Numbered from the stretch's first letter, positions 49,955-59,637 are shown. The stretch: DNA of 59,753 nucleotides from Candidatus Atribacteria bacterium (GCA_029556475.1 JAKQEP010000076.1:1-59753), one strand, 5' to 3'. The notes: generated by a model from the sequence alone, not told the origin. Made by a program: numbers and translations.

Positions 49955-50788
49955 CTAAAATGAAAAGAATTTATTCTTTTCCATTATTAGACTATCTATC
50001 AGCACATCAATGTTTTTAATATTTATTCCGGTAATGTAGTCCAATTCTTTTTTCAATTGTTCTTGTATTGCCCTGACCATTTCTGGTATATTTACACCAT
50101 ATTTTAAAGTGAGATTGATACTAATGGAAATGCCCTCTTGGTTAATATTTATTTTTGTCTTTCCAATCCTGATAACATCTTTGAAATCTTTAATTTGGAA
50201 ATAGATTATATCCAAAATAGCATTTTCTGAAATAAAGAGTTTTCCAAAATAACTAAATGGTGGCCGTACAACCGTTCGCTCTCCGATTTTTCTGTTACTA
50301 TATCTTTTTCGATAAAATATTTCTAATGACTCTACCAAATTAATAGGAAACTTCCTCTGTATTTCAATTCCCGGCAAAGGTATAACATGTGTCCCTTCCT
50401 TGAAACGACTGGTCCGGGCTAATTGTATCTCTTTCTCGCTGGAAATATCTTCTATATTAAAAACTATACTTACTGGTGGTAATTCCAGGGTTTCAATTAT
50501 TTTTTCCACCATTTCGACTGAAGTCCCCAAAACCATTATATTTTTTGGTTTTTCTTCCTTAATAATTTTTTTAACTGACTGGGCATGAGCTTTATCAAAA
50601 AAAATAGCTCTTCTAATTGCTTGAATCTTATTTAATTCTTTTTTTGCTGAAAGACCTGCCAAAATTTTGTCTTTTTTTATTAAGAGCCCGTCATCAATAA
50701 TATATTCAATATTTTCCTTATGGGCAATCAAGAGGGCTTTGTGACTTTTGCCAGTTCCGCTTTCTCCTATCAGAGCAAATACTCTCAT
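49955..50788 (-). CDS. P-loop NTPase fused to an Asp23/Gls24 domain
   Basis: GESGTGKS, IIDDGLLI, HVIP, VVRP.FSYFG; Asp23-like tail YGVNIPE...IQ......TG......DV. ATG 50788 probable (ORF track 50830). Confidence 0.8.
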   Translation of the reverse strand: MRVFALIGESGTGKSHKALLIAHKENIEYIIDDGLLIKKDKILAGLSAKKELNKIQAIRRAIFFDKAHAQSVKKIIKEEKPKNIMVLGTSVEMVEKIIETLELPPVSIVFNIEDISSEKEIQLARTSRFKEGTHVIPLPGIEIQRKFPINLVESLEIFYRKRYSNRKIGERTVVRPPFSYFGKLFISENAILDIIYFQIKDFKDVIRIGKTKININQEGISISINLTLKYGVNIPEMVRAIQEQLKKELDYITGINIKNIDVLIDSLIMEKNKFFSF

Positions 50789-50858
50789 ATTTTTAAAATA
50801 CTCCACATAAATTCTGGTTAAGGGATTCAATCCCCTAACCAGCGTTATTAACTAAATA

Positions 50859-52169
50859 TTATTTTCTTGTTTTTACCCAACCTCTTCCCTCCACTGCTCG
50901 GGCAACTCTTTGAATAGCAATAACATAAGCAGCATCCCGGGCATACAGTTTTTCTTTTTCAGCCAAATCCATAACATCATGGAAGGCGGAAGTCATAATA
51001 TGATTTAATTTTTCAAATACCTCTTCTTTGGGCCAGTAATAATTCATATTATTTTGAACCTGTTCAAAATATGATACAGTAACACCACCGGCATTACATA
51101 AAAAATCAGGAATAAGATAAATACCTTTTTCTTTAATAATCTTATCTGCTTCAGGAGTAGTAGGCGAGTTTGCACCTTCAGCATAAACCTTAACTACATC
51201 AAATTTGATGTCATTAACATTGTCTTTATGGACAGCCGAACCCAAAGCCGCTGGAATTAAAACAGTAACAGGCTTTTTTATCCAGGCATCTCCATCTTCC
51301 TGTTTCCAGCCAAATTCTTTTGCTTTTTCGAGATTAATGGTACCAAACTTATCTAATGTTCCAGGGGAAAACAAATCCTCGGGCTTTATACCCTCTTCGC
51401 AACTATAAGTATATGCCTTTTTATCATTAGAATCCCAACAGGACATAGCTACAACTTTACCACCATACTCAGTAAATTTTTCACAGCAATACTGGGCATT
51501 ATTACCAGCTCCTTGAATTGATGCAGTAGCACCTTTAAAATCAATGTTTAGTCTCTTAAATGCTTCTCTGACACAATAAATAACTCCATATCCAGTTGCT
51601 TCAGTTCTTCCTAAAGAGCCACCGACATCAACAGCCTTCCCGGTGACAAATCCCGGTTTTCTGCTTCTGGCAATAGTATCATATTCATCCATAATCCATA
51701 ACATATCCTGTGGGTTAGTAGCAACATCCGGTGCAGGTACATCCATATCAGGTCCAACAAAATCATATACTTTTCTTACCCAACCCCGACATAATTTTTC
51801 AGTTTCACGCTCAGACAATTCTCTGGGGTCACAAGCCACACCTCCTTTTCCTCCACCCAAAGGAATATTGACTACAGCACATTTCCAGGTCATCATAATA
51901 GCTAAAGCTCTTACCATATCTATAGTTTCATTTGCAGCAAATCTTAAACCACCTTTAGCCGGACCTCGGGCTGTGGAATGTTGAACACGAAAACCGGTAA
52001 AAGTTTTGGTGGTTCCATCATCCATTTCTACCGGTATTCTAACCTGAATTTCTCGCTCAGCTTCTCTTAAAAATTCCTGCATTGACTTATCTAAATTACC
52101 TTTTCTGGCATTCTCATCAAACTGAGCCTGAACAATTTCAAAAGGATTTAATTCTTTATCCTGAGACAT
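50859..52169 (-). CDS. gdhA: Glutamate dehydrogenase
   Basis: RGPAKGG, MTWK, GGGKGG, VPAPD, GSLGRTEATG, EGAN.PTT, NAGGVTVSYFE; the Lys and Ser typical of glutamate binding are present. Confidence 0.88.
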   Translation of the reverse strand: MSQDKELNPFEIVQAQFDENARKGNLDKSMQEFLREAEREIQVRIPVEMDDGTTKTFTGFRVQHSTARGPAKGGLRFAANETIDMVRALAIMMTWKCAVVNIPLGGGKGGVACDPRELSERETEKLCRGWVRKVYDFVGPDMDVPAPDVATNPQDMLWIMDEYDTIARSRKPGFVTGKAVDVGGSLGRTEATGYGVIYCVREAFKRLNIDFKGATASIQGAGNNAQYCCEKFTEYGGKVVAMSCWDSNDKKAYTYSCEEGIKPEDLFSPGTLDKFGTINLEKAKEFGWKQEDGDAWIKKPVTVLIPAALGSAVHKDNVNDIKFDVVKVYAEGANSPTTPEADKIIKEKGIYLIPDFLCNAGGVTVSYFEQVQNNMNYYWPKEEVFEKLNHIMTSAFHDVMDLAEKEKLYARDAAYVIAIQRVARAVEGRGWVKTRK

Positions 52170-52206
52170 ATTAAAAACCTCCCGTATTTTATATTTTTAT
52201 TTTATT

Positions 52207-53643
52207 TTAAATAATTAATTTTTTTAAGCTTTTCCCTGAAGATAAATAATCATCAATTGAACGAGCAGCTATTTTACCATCGCCTACCGCAGATATAACT
52301 GTTGCTGAACCTCTTACTATATCACCTCCCGCAAAAATTCCTTCGCAGGTAGTCATTTTGGTTCTTTGGTCAATCTTAAAATAACCCCATTGATTAACTT
52401 CTACACCTTCAGCACTTCTGGCAACAATTGGATTAGCCATAGTACCGATGGCATCAATCACCATATCTACTTCTAAAACAAAGTTAGAATTCTCAATTGG
52501 AATGGGGCTTCGCCTGCCAGATTGGTCCGGTTCACCCAACTCCATTTTTATGCACTCCATCCCGGTTACTCTCCCCTCTTTATCCCCCAATATCCGAACA
52601 GGTAAGGTAAGAAAATGAAAAATAATCCCCTCTTCTTCAGCATGGTGAACTTCTTCTGCTCTGGCTGGAACTTCTGCTCTGGAACGCCGATATATTATAT
52701 ATGATTTCTCAGCACCGAGGCGCAGGGCAGTTCGAGCTGAATCCATTGCCACATTGCCTGCTCCGATAGTGGCAGCCCTCTGCCTTATTTTTATTGGAGT
52801 GTCATGTTCTGGAAAAAGGTACGCTTTCATTAAATTTGAACGGGTTAAAAATTCATTGGCAGAGTATACGTCATTCATATTTTCTCCCGGAATATCCATA
52901 AAACGGGGTGCTCCTGCTCCATTGGAAAGAAATATGGCATCAAATTCATCTTTTAAATCTTCTATGCTTTTAGTTGCCCCAATTACTTGATTACAAATCA
53001 ACTTCACTCCCAATTGCTCTATCTCATCAACTTCATATTCAACAATCGACTTAGGCAGCCTGAATTCTGGAATTCCATAAACAAGAACCCCTCCAGGTTT
53101 ATGCAATGCTTCAAAAAGAGTAACCTGATATCCCGTTTTTGCCAGATCTGCTGCACAGGTTAATCCTGCAGGTCCAGAACCCACAATTGCAACTTTCATT
53201 GTCTTCCTACTTCTTTTATCCTTTATTCCGTGTATCCCATTTTCCCTAGCCCAATCAGCTACAAAACGTTCTAACCTACCAATTGCTATAGGTTTTCCTC
53301 GTTTGTTCAAAACACATTCTTTTTGACATTGTTCTTCCTGGGGACAAACCCTTCCAGTCACTGCTGGTAAAGCATCTGTTTCTAAAATAGTCAGATATGC
53401 CTTTGCAAAATCCTCTTCAACTATATAACGGATAAAGGCTGGGATATTTATCTCTGCCGGACATCCTCTCATACAGGTTGGATTTTTACACTGTAAGCAT
53501 CTCTGCGCTTCATAAATTGCTTCTTCTTTAGTGTATCCCAGAGGAACCTCTTTGAAATTGTGAATGCGTTCAGATGGTGGCTGTTCCTTCATTTGAACTG
53601 TTTCTCTCTTTGTTCTCTCTTTCATTTCAATCATTTCAGCCAT
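52207..53643 (-). CDS. nfnB: Electron-bifurcating transhydrogenase large subunit NfnB (GltD/SudA-like)
   Basis: RCLQC...C..GCP, GRVCPQE.QC...C, GSGPAG, YGIPEFRL, GAGNVAMD, YRR, GGDIV.G; paired with nfnA, no gltB nearby. Confidence 0.88.
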   Translation of the reverse strand: MAEMIEMKERTKRETVQMKEQPPSERIHNFKEVPLGYTKEEAIYEAQRCLQCKNPTCMRGCPAEINIPAFIRYIVEEDFAKAYLTILETDALPAVTGRVCPQEEQCQKECVLNKRGKPIAIGRLERFVADWARENGIHGIKDKRSRKTMKVAIVGSGPAGLTCAADLAKTGYQVTLFEALHKPGGVLVYGIPEFRLPKSIVEYEVDEIEQLGVKLICNQVIGATKSIEDLKDEFDAIFLSNGAGAPRFMDIPGENMNDVYSANEFLTRSNLMKAYLFPEHDTPIKIRQRAATIGAGNVAMDSARTALRLGAEKSYIIYRRSRAEVPARAEEVHHAEEEGIIFHFLTLPVRILGDKEGRVTGMECIKMELGEPDQSGRRSPIPIENSNFVLEVDMVIDAIGTMANPIVARSAEGVEVNQWGYFKIDQRTKMTTCEGIFAGGDIVRGSATVISAVGDGKIAARSIDDYLSSGKSLKKLII

Positions 53644-53644
53644 T

Positions 53645-54493
53645 TCAGTTCTCCTTACATCTGCATTCGTTTTTATTTTTAAAATCCTGCCAGGATTCTT
53701 TTTCTTCTTCCCGATAGCGATAGATTCGATGCATAAATTCGTCCCAATTAACTAATTGTCCATCAAATTCAGGCCCATCGGTACAGACAAATTTTGTTTC
53801 CTCACCTATGGATACTCTACAAGAGCCACACATTCCTGTGCCATCGACCATAATAGTATTAAGACTAACAATGGTATCAACGGGATACAATTTAGTTAGT
53901 TCAGTAGTTACTTTCATCATAATTGGCGGTCCAATGGTCCATATTTTTTTGATAGAAGGGTCCTGATCAAGCTTTTCTTTTAAAGCATGTGTGACAAATC
54001 CCTTTCTCCCATAACTACCATCATCCGTAGTTATGATCAGCTCATCTGACACCACTTTTAATTCCTTTTCCATAATGATTAGTTCTTTACTTCTGGCTCC
54101 AATTATAGCGATAACCTTGTTACCAGCTTCCTTCAAACTACGTGCTATAGGATGAATACAAGCAATACCTGTTCCACCACCTACTACCACCACTGTACCA
54201 TAAAAATCTATTTCTGATTTACGTCCTAAAGGTCCTGTAAAAGAATATAAACAATCTCCTTCCTGAAAACAGGATAACTCGTCCGTTGTTTTACCAACCA
54301 CTTGAAAAACAATATGCACCAATCCTTCCTTTCGGTCATAATCAGCAACAGTCAGTGGGATTCTTTCCCCTTTTTCTTTAGTCATCAATATAATAAACTG
54401 TCCCGGCTGTACTGTTTTTGCTATTTCAGGTGCTTCTATCCACATACTGTACATATCCTGATACAATTTTATTTTCCTATTAATTCGATACAT
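53645..54493 (-). CDS. nfnA: Electron-bifurcating transhydrogenase small subunit NfnA
   Basis: PGQF, GERIPLT, GPLG, GGGTG, MVDGTGMCGSCR...C.DGPEFDG [2Fe-2S] motif. Confidence 0.9.
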   Translation of the reverse strand: MYRINRKIKLYQDMYSMWIEAPEIAKTVQPGQFIILMTKEKGERIPLTVADYDRKEGLVHIVFQVVGKTTDELSCFQEGDCLYSFTGPLGRKSEIDFYGTVVVVGGGTGIACIHPIARSLKEAGNKVIAIIGARSKELIIMEKELKVVSDELIITTDDGSYGRKGFVTHALKEKLDQDPSIKKIWTIGPPIMMKVTTELTKLYPVDTIVSLNTIMVDGTGMCGSCRVSIGEETKFVCTDGPEFDGQLVNWDEFMHRIYRYREEEKESWQDFKNKNECRCKEN

Positions 54494-54511
54494 CTATTAC
54501 CCTTTCAAAAA

Positions 54512-55735
54512 TTAATGACCAGCTTTTGGTCTAAAATTATTACAAATCTCTGCTGTGTCATGTGCTATCATAAATTCTTCATCAGTTGGTATTACTAAAA
54601 CTGTCACTTTTGAATCTTCAGTACTAATTATTGCTTTTTTACCATTTTGGTCATAATTTATCTTATCATCAATCCTAATTCCAAAAAAATTTAAGTCTTC
54701 ACATACTGCTCTTCTTAACTTAGGAGAATTTTCACCAATTCCAGCGGTAAACACCAGAACATCCAGACCATTCATTGCTGCGGTATATGCTCCGATATAT
54801 TTCTTCAAGCCATAATACAAGACATCCAAAGTCCTTTTTGCCCTTTTATTTCCTTTTATTGCCTCCTCTTCCAAATCCCGCATATCGCTTGATATTCCCT
54901 CTGATAAACCCATAAAGCCACTCTTTTTATACAGAATATTATTAATTTCTTTAAAACTAAGATTTTCTTTCTCCATCAGATAGGGAATAATAGCTGGGTC
55001 AATATCGCCACAGCGGGTTCCCATTATCACACCGGAAATAGTACCAAAACCGAGACTGGTATCAATTGATTTTCCTTCCTTCACTGCAGTTATACTGGAA
55101 CCATTACCCAGATGGCAGGTTATTATTTTCAATTCTTTCAAATCTTTACCCAGCATTTCTGCTGCTTTTTGGGCTACATATTTATGGGAAGTTCCATGAA
55201 AACCATACCTTCTAATTCGATATTTTTCATAAAAACCATATGGTATACCATAAAGAAACGCCTGCTCCGGAATGGATTGATGGAAAGCTGTGTCAAAGAC
55301 ACCGACCTGAGGAATATTTGGCAATAAATCCTGACACACTTTGATACCCAATATATTTGGTGGATTATGAAGTGGTGCCAATTCAATAAACTCATTGAGA
55401 GTATTCATTACATCTTCATTTAATAGCACTGAACCAGAATATTTTTCTCCACCATGAACCACTCTGTGACCTACTGCAGATATTTCTGAAATGCTTTTTA
55501 TAACACCATATCTACTATCCAGCAGAGCCTCTATTACCAGTTCTATTCCTTTACGGTGATCAGGTATGTCTATCTCTTTTTTTAAAAAATCCTTCCCTGA
55601 AGGATAGTGATTTATCAGAGAACCCTCGATTCCAATTCTTTCCACCAGACCTTTGGCTAACAGAGATTCTTCTGCCATATCATAAAGCCTATATTTTATC
55701 GAAGAACTACCGGAGTTCACCACTAAAATCTTCAT
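54512..55735 (-). CDS. ackA: Acetate/propionate kinase
   Basis: NSGSSSIK, GHRVVHGG, APLHN, FDTAFH, YGFHGTSH, HLGNG, FTAGIGEN, PTDEE. Confidence 0.96.
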   Translation of the reverse strand: MKILVVNSGSSSIKYRLYDMAEESLLAKGLVERIGIEGSLINHYPSGKDFLKKEIDIPDHRKGIELVIEALLDSRYGVIKSISEISAVGHRVVHGGEKYSGSVLLNEDVMNTLNEFIELAPLHNPPNILGIKVCQDLLPNIPQVGVFDTAFHQSIPEQAFLYGIPYGFYEKYRIRRYGFHGTSHKYVAQKAAEMLGKDLKELKIITCHLGNGSSITAVKEGKSIDTSLGFGTISGVIMGTRCGDIDPAIIPYLMEKENLSFKEINNILYKKSGFMGLSEGISSDMRDLEEEAIKGNKRAKRTLDVLYYGLKKYIGAYTAAMNGLDVLVFTAGIGENSPKLRRAVCEDLNFFGIRIDDKINYDQNGKKAIISTEDSKVTVLVIPTDEEFMIAHDTAEICNNFRPKAGH

Positions 55736-55761
55736 TATATTTTTCCCTTTCTGAATACAAA

Positions 55762-56316
55762 TTATACCCTACTCGTATTCATTAAATTTTTTCCTATTTG
55801 AAAACCATGCTCCAATGCTTTTTTATTTATATCTCTTATTCTTTCCGGTATTCTGTTCTGTAGTGCTTTTTTGATAGCATCTTTAGAAACAATATCTGTT
55901 AATTGAACAATGATACCTAAAGAAATAATATTGGTTACCAACTGATTCCCTAAAACGTCTATAGCATCTTTGGTAATGGGATATTGGTAAATTTTCCCCG
56001 GGAATGGCGGAATATTAAAAACATTAGTTGAATCTACCAGTAAAACTCCTTCTTCCTTCAAACTATTAACATATTTATCACAGGCTTTTTGTGTTAAGGC
56101 TAATAATATATCTGATTTTCCAATTTTAGGGTAATCTATCTTTTCATTGCTGATAATAACCTCTGATCTGCTAGCCCCTCCTCTAGCCTCCGGTCCATAT
56201 GATTGGGTTTGAGCAATTTCAAAACCATCATAGATGCCAGCAGCCTCAGCTAAAATAATTCCAGCCAGGATCAACCCCTGTCCTCCTGAACCACTCAAAC
56301 AAATCTCTTTTCTCAT
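55762..56316 (-). CDS. korC: 2-oxoglutarate:ferredoxin oxidoreductase gamma subunit
   Basis: GSGGQG, QSYGPEARGG. Confidence 0.85.
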   Translation of the reverse strand: MRKEICLSGSGGQGLILAGIILAEAAGIYDGFEIAQTQSYGPEARGGASRSEVIISNEKIDYPKIGKSDILLALTQKACDKYVNSLKEEGVLLVDSTNVFNIPPFPGKIYQYPITKDAIDVLGNQLVTNIISLGIIVQLTDIVSKDAIKKALQNRIPERIRDINKKALEHGFQIGKNLMNTSRV

Positions 56317-57140
56317 TTTTCTCTCCTTCCCTGTTGAATTCTGTTACAGGTTTCCTGGTATTTTTCGGTATATTCTGGTATATCAATATCTAAAAACTCT
56401 CCGGTAGGTATTTTCCCTGCTTTTTCTTCTTCTGGTAATCCCTCCCAAACTCTCTTTGCTACTGTTATACTTTTTATCCATTCAAGCATTTGAACAGGAG
56501 TCCTCAATTGATTAATTCTGCCAAAAGAAATAGGACAATCGGCAATAATTTCTACTACGGAAAAACCTTTTTTAAGTAATGCCTTTTTAATAAAATGAGT
56601 AATTTGATTAACATCAAAAACATTTCCACGTGCCACATAAGAAGCTCCGGCACTAGCCGCTAATGCAGCTATATCAAAACTCTGGTCAATATTACCATAG
56701 GGAGCAGTTGAACCAAGCTTGCCGGTTGGGGTTAAAGGAGAGTACTGCCCTCCGGTCATTCCATATATCATATTATTAATGATGATGGCAGTTATATCTA
56801 TATTACGACGAGCAGAATGGATAAAATGGTTCCCTCCTATAGCAGCACAATCTCCATCACCCATCACAGTAATTACTTTTAAAGCAGGATTGGCCATTTT
56901 TATTCCTGTTGCGAAAGGTAAAGCCCTGCCATGAGTAGTATTCATAGTATTAAAATCTACATAACCAGTAATACGGCTGGAACAACCTATTCCTGAAACC
57001 ATGACAACTTCATCCTTCTCCCATCCAGTACTCTGGATTGCCCTTAACATAGAGCCCAAAATAATACCGATTCCACAACCCGGACACCAGATATGAGGGA
57101 ACATTTCTTTTCTAAAATACTGAGTAATAGAATTATTCAT
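56313..57140 (-). CDS. korB: 2-oxoglutarate:ferredoxin oxidoreductase beta subunit
   Basis: [36 protein letters not shown]. Confidence 0.87.
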   Translation of the reverse strand: MNNSITQYFRKEMFPHIWCPGCGIGIILGSMLRAIQSTGWEKDEVVMVSGIGCSSRITGYVDFNTMNTTHGRALPFATGIKMANPALKVITVMGDGDCAAIGGNHFIHSARRNIDITAIIINNMIYGMTGGQYSPLTPTGKLGSTAPYGNIDQSFDIAALAASAGASYVARGNVFDVNQITHFIKKALLKKGFSVVEIIADCPISFGRINQLRTPVQMLEWIKSITVAKRVWEGLPEEEKAGKIPTGEFLDIDIPEYTEKYQETCNRIQQGRREK

Positions 57141-58282
57141 AATTTGCTTTCCTCCATAATCCTGGTAAGAATTTCTAAAGGATTGATTAGCTCACCATCA
57201 ACTCTGCTATATGAGACAACACGACATTTTCCTCCAACTGCCCTTTCTACTTCACGCGACATCTGACCCAAATTCATCTCTGGTACTATAATTAAATCAA
57301 CCTGCCCTGCCAATCGATTAATAGTTTCATCGCCAAAAGGCCAGAGAGTAATTAGTTTTAATAAACCTGTCTTTATTCCTTTTTCTCTGGCTAGCTTAAT
57401 GGTTCTTTGTGCAGCTCTTGCTACAGAACCATAAGCAATAATTGCCACTTTAGCATCATCTAATAAAAACTCTTCCTCTATAATAATATCCTTTTTATTC
57501 AATTCCACTTTGTTAGTTAATCTTCTGATCAACTGATCTATTTCTTTATTATTAGAAGTTGGATAACCTTTTTCATTATGAATTAAACCTGTTACATGGT
57601 ACCTATATCCACTGCCAAAATTTGCCATTGGTGGAACAAGATCTTCATCTGCTTTATAAGGTAAAAAATTATCTTTTTCTACTGCTGGTTTTTTCCTGTC
57701 AATGAGCTCTATTTCTTCTCTGGTAGGTATATTAACTTTCTCACGCATATGTGAAATTACTTCATCTAACAGTAACATCACTGGGGTACGGTATTTCTCA
57801 CTAAAATTGATAGCCTTTATAGTCATGTGTAAAACTTCATTTACATCTGAAGGAGCCAGGGCTATCATAGGATGATCTCCATGTGTTCCCCAGCGAGCCT
57901 GCATTACATCCCCTTGAGAAGGTTTAGTAGGTAACCCGGTACTCGGACCACCCCGCTGAGCATTGACAACAACACAAGGAACCTCAGTAATTGCAGCAAA
58001 TCCAATGTTTTCCTGTTTCAGACATATCCCCGGACCGGAACTGGCGGTCATCGACTTAGAGCCCGCTAAAGAGGCACCAATGACAGCAGCCATACTGGCA
58101 ATCTCGTCCTCCATCTGCATAAAAACTCCCCCCAGTTCAGGAAGACGAACAGCCATACCTTCAGCTATTTCAGAAGCAGGAGTGATGGGATAGCCTGCAA
58201 AAAACCGTACACCGGCTAAAAGGGCACCTTCTACACATGCTTCATTGCCCTGTAAAATCCTCACCGATCTGTTTTTATCCAT
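57137..58282 (-). CDS. korA: 2-oxoglutarate:ferredoxin oxidoreductase alpha subunit
   Basis: GYPITPASE, QMEDE, SGPG, QRGGPSTGLPT, RWGTHGDH; substrate inferred from gdh/mcm context. Confidence 0.87.
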   Translation of the reverse strand: MDKNRSVRILQGNEACVEGALLAGVRFFAGYPITPASEIAEGMAVRLPELGGVFMQMEDEIASMAAVIGASLAGSKSMTASSGPGICLKQENIGFAAITEVPCVVVNAQRGGPSTGLPTKPSQGDVMQARWGTHGDHPMIALAPSDVNEVLHMTIKAINFSEKYRTPVMLLLDEVISHMREKVNIPTREEIELIDRKKPAVEKDNFLPYKADEDLVPPMANFGSGYRYHVTGLIHNEKGYPTSNNKEIDQLIRRLTNKVELNKKDIIIEEEFLLDDAKVAIIAYGSVARAAQRTIKLAREKGIKTGLLKLITLWPFGDETINRLAGQVDLIIVPEMNLGQMSREVERAVGGKCRVVSYSRVDGELINPLEILTRIMEESKL

Positions 58283-58287
58283 ACTGA

Positions 58288-58560
58288 TTAATCCTCCAGA
58301 CCTTTTTGATTGACAATATGCTCAACTGTTTTCTCTTTCTTTTCAACATTGATAGCAAAGTCCGGGCATCTAAGTTCACACAACATGCAATGTATACAAT
58401 CATCAATATTCTTTGCCTCAGGGAAACCTTTTTCATTACTTACCAGCACTTTTTTAGGGCAAAAATGGATACAAATCCCACATGATTTACACCAATCTTC
58501 ATTTACTGTTATTACGGTCTTTTCGTTTTGATAAACCTTCAAATTATTTTTTTTATCCAT
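58288..58560 (-). CDS. korD: 2[4Fe-4S] delta subunit
   Basis: CKSCGIC...CP and CIHCMLC...CPDFAI. Confidence 0.87.
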   Translation of the reverse strand: MDKKNNLKVYQNEKTVITVNEDWCKSCGICIHFCPKKVLVSNEKGFPEAKNIDDCIHCMLCELRCPDFAINVEKKEKTVEHIVNQKGLED

Positions 58561-58566
58561 TCGTTA

Positions 58567-59553
58567 TTAGGTCACCTCTTTCTTTTTTATTTCAAAAATA
58601 TTGTTCCTCAAAGTTTCAATGGAACCCTTATCAGGAACATAAATAAATTCAATGAGAGGAACATTTTTAGAAATTAATCCCTGTATTTCTTTCTTTCTTC
58701 CGGGAGAGACTATTAATATATCACTATCATTAATAATTTTTTTTAGCTCAATGCTATTGCGAGTTGTAGTAAATATTATTTTTTTATATTTTATACCGAC
58801 ATTATTAATAGATTTTATAACTCTCTCAGCAAAATTATTAGTTAAACATACTAAGCCGATATTCATATCCGGAGATGTACTGTGGGCAATTTGAACCATG
58901 GTTTCCATTTGAGGATCTAATGCTATAGCAATAATTCTTTTATTTTCATCCTGTAGAAAATCTTGTAGTTCCTTAAAATGGAAAAAGGTTGTTACTATAA
59001 GATCAGCAGACCTCATTTTTTCCAAAAATTTTTCTTTTTGGTGATGCATTTCATCAATTAAAAGAGGGGTAATATGAACGCCGGTACCTAATTCTAATCT
59101 TTGAGAGAAGTAAAGTAATTGTTCTTGATTACATTCAACAAATGCTATATGTACATTATCAAAAAGATTTTTCTTTTTTTTAAGACGATGGTTTACCAGG
59201 CGCATAAAATCTTCTAATTGAATATTTAACTCTACAGCCTTCTGTATGGCTAAATCAATATTTTTAATTACCGGTAATTTATTAATATTATTAAATGAAT
59301 TATTCCCAGGTTCTGTTTCAGCAATGATAAAAGTACCTTTGCCAGAAATAGAGGAAATTATTTTTTCCTGAACAAGCTCTTTATAAGCCATGCTAACAGT
59401 ATTACGGCTAACTTTAAGTCTTAAAGAGAGTTCTCTTTCAGTAGGTAGCTGGGTATCCTTTTTTAGCTGGCCACTCTGGATGTATTCTTTCAATTGTTCC
59501 TTAATTTGAAGATAAAGAGGTATTTTAATATTTCTGTTAACTTCAATTTCCAT
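58567..59553 (-). CDS. GntR-family regulator with a large atypical effector domain
   Basis: wHTH PLYLQI..LPTERELS..L.VSRNTV..AY..L...GKGTF followed by a ~200-aa alpha/beta domain. Confidence 0.9.
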   Translation of the reverse strand: MEIEVNRNIKIPLYLQIKEQLKEYIQSGQLKKDTQLPTERELSLRLKVSRNTVSMAYKELVQEKIISSISGKGTFIIAETEPGNNSFNNINKLPVIKNIDLAIQKAVELNIQLEDFMRLVNHRLKKKKNLFDNVHIAFVECNQEQLLYFSQRLELGTGVHITPLLIDEMHHQKEKFLEKMRSADLIVTTFFHFKELQDFLQDENKRIIAIALDPQMETMVQIAHSTSPDMNIGLVCLTNNFAERVIKSINNVGIKYKKIIFTTTRNSIELKKIINDSDILIVSPGRKKEIQGLISKNVPLIEFIYVPDKGSIETLRNNIFEIKKKEVT

Positions 59554-59577
59554 AGATTAAATAACCTTGTAGAAAAT

Positions 59578-59601
59578 TGGACTAATTGACTAATGGATTA
59601 A
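59578..59601. repeat. Three tandem 8-mers in the gntR leader (candidate operator)
   Basis: TGGACTAA TTGACTAA TGGATTAA. Confidence 0.6.
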
Positions 59602-59609
59602 CCATTTAT

Positions 59610-59637
59610 AGAATACCATAATATTTTAATTTGTCAA
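59610..59637 (-). promoter_or_regulatory. Sigma70-type promoter of the gntR-kor operon
   Basis: TTGACA-16-TATTCT with TG extension. Confidence 0.65.

Noticed and set aside
52207-53643. Glutamate synthase small subunit
   Set aside because: No gltB partner in the window; pairing with an NfnA-type gene indicates NfnAB
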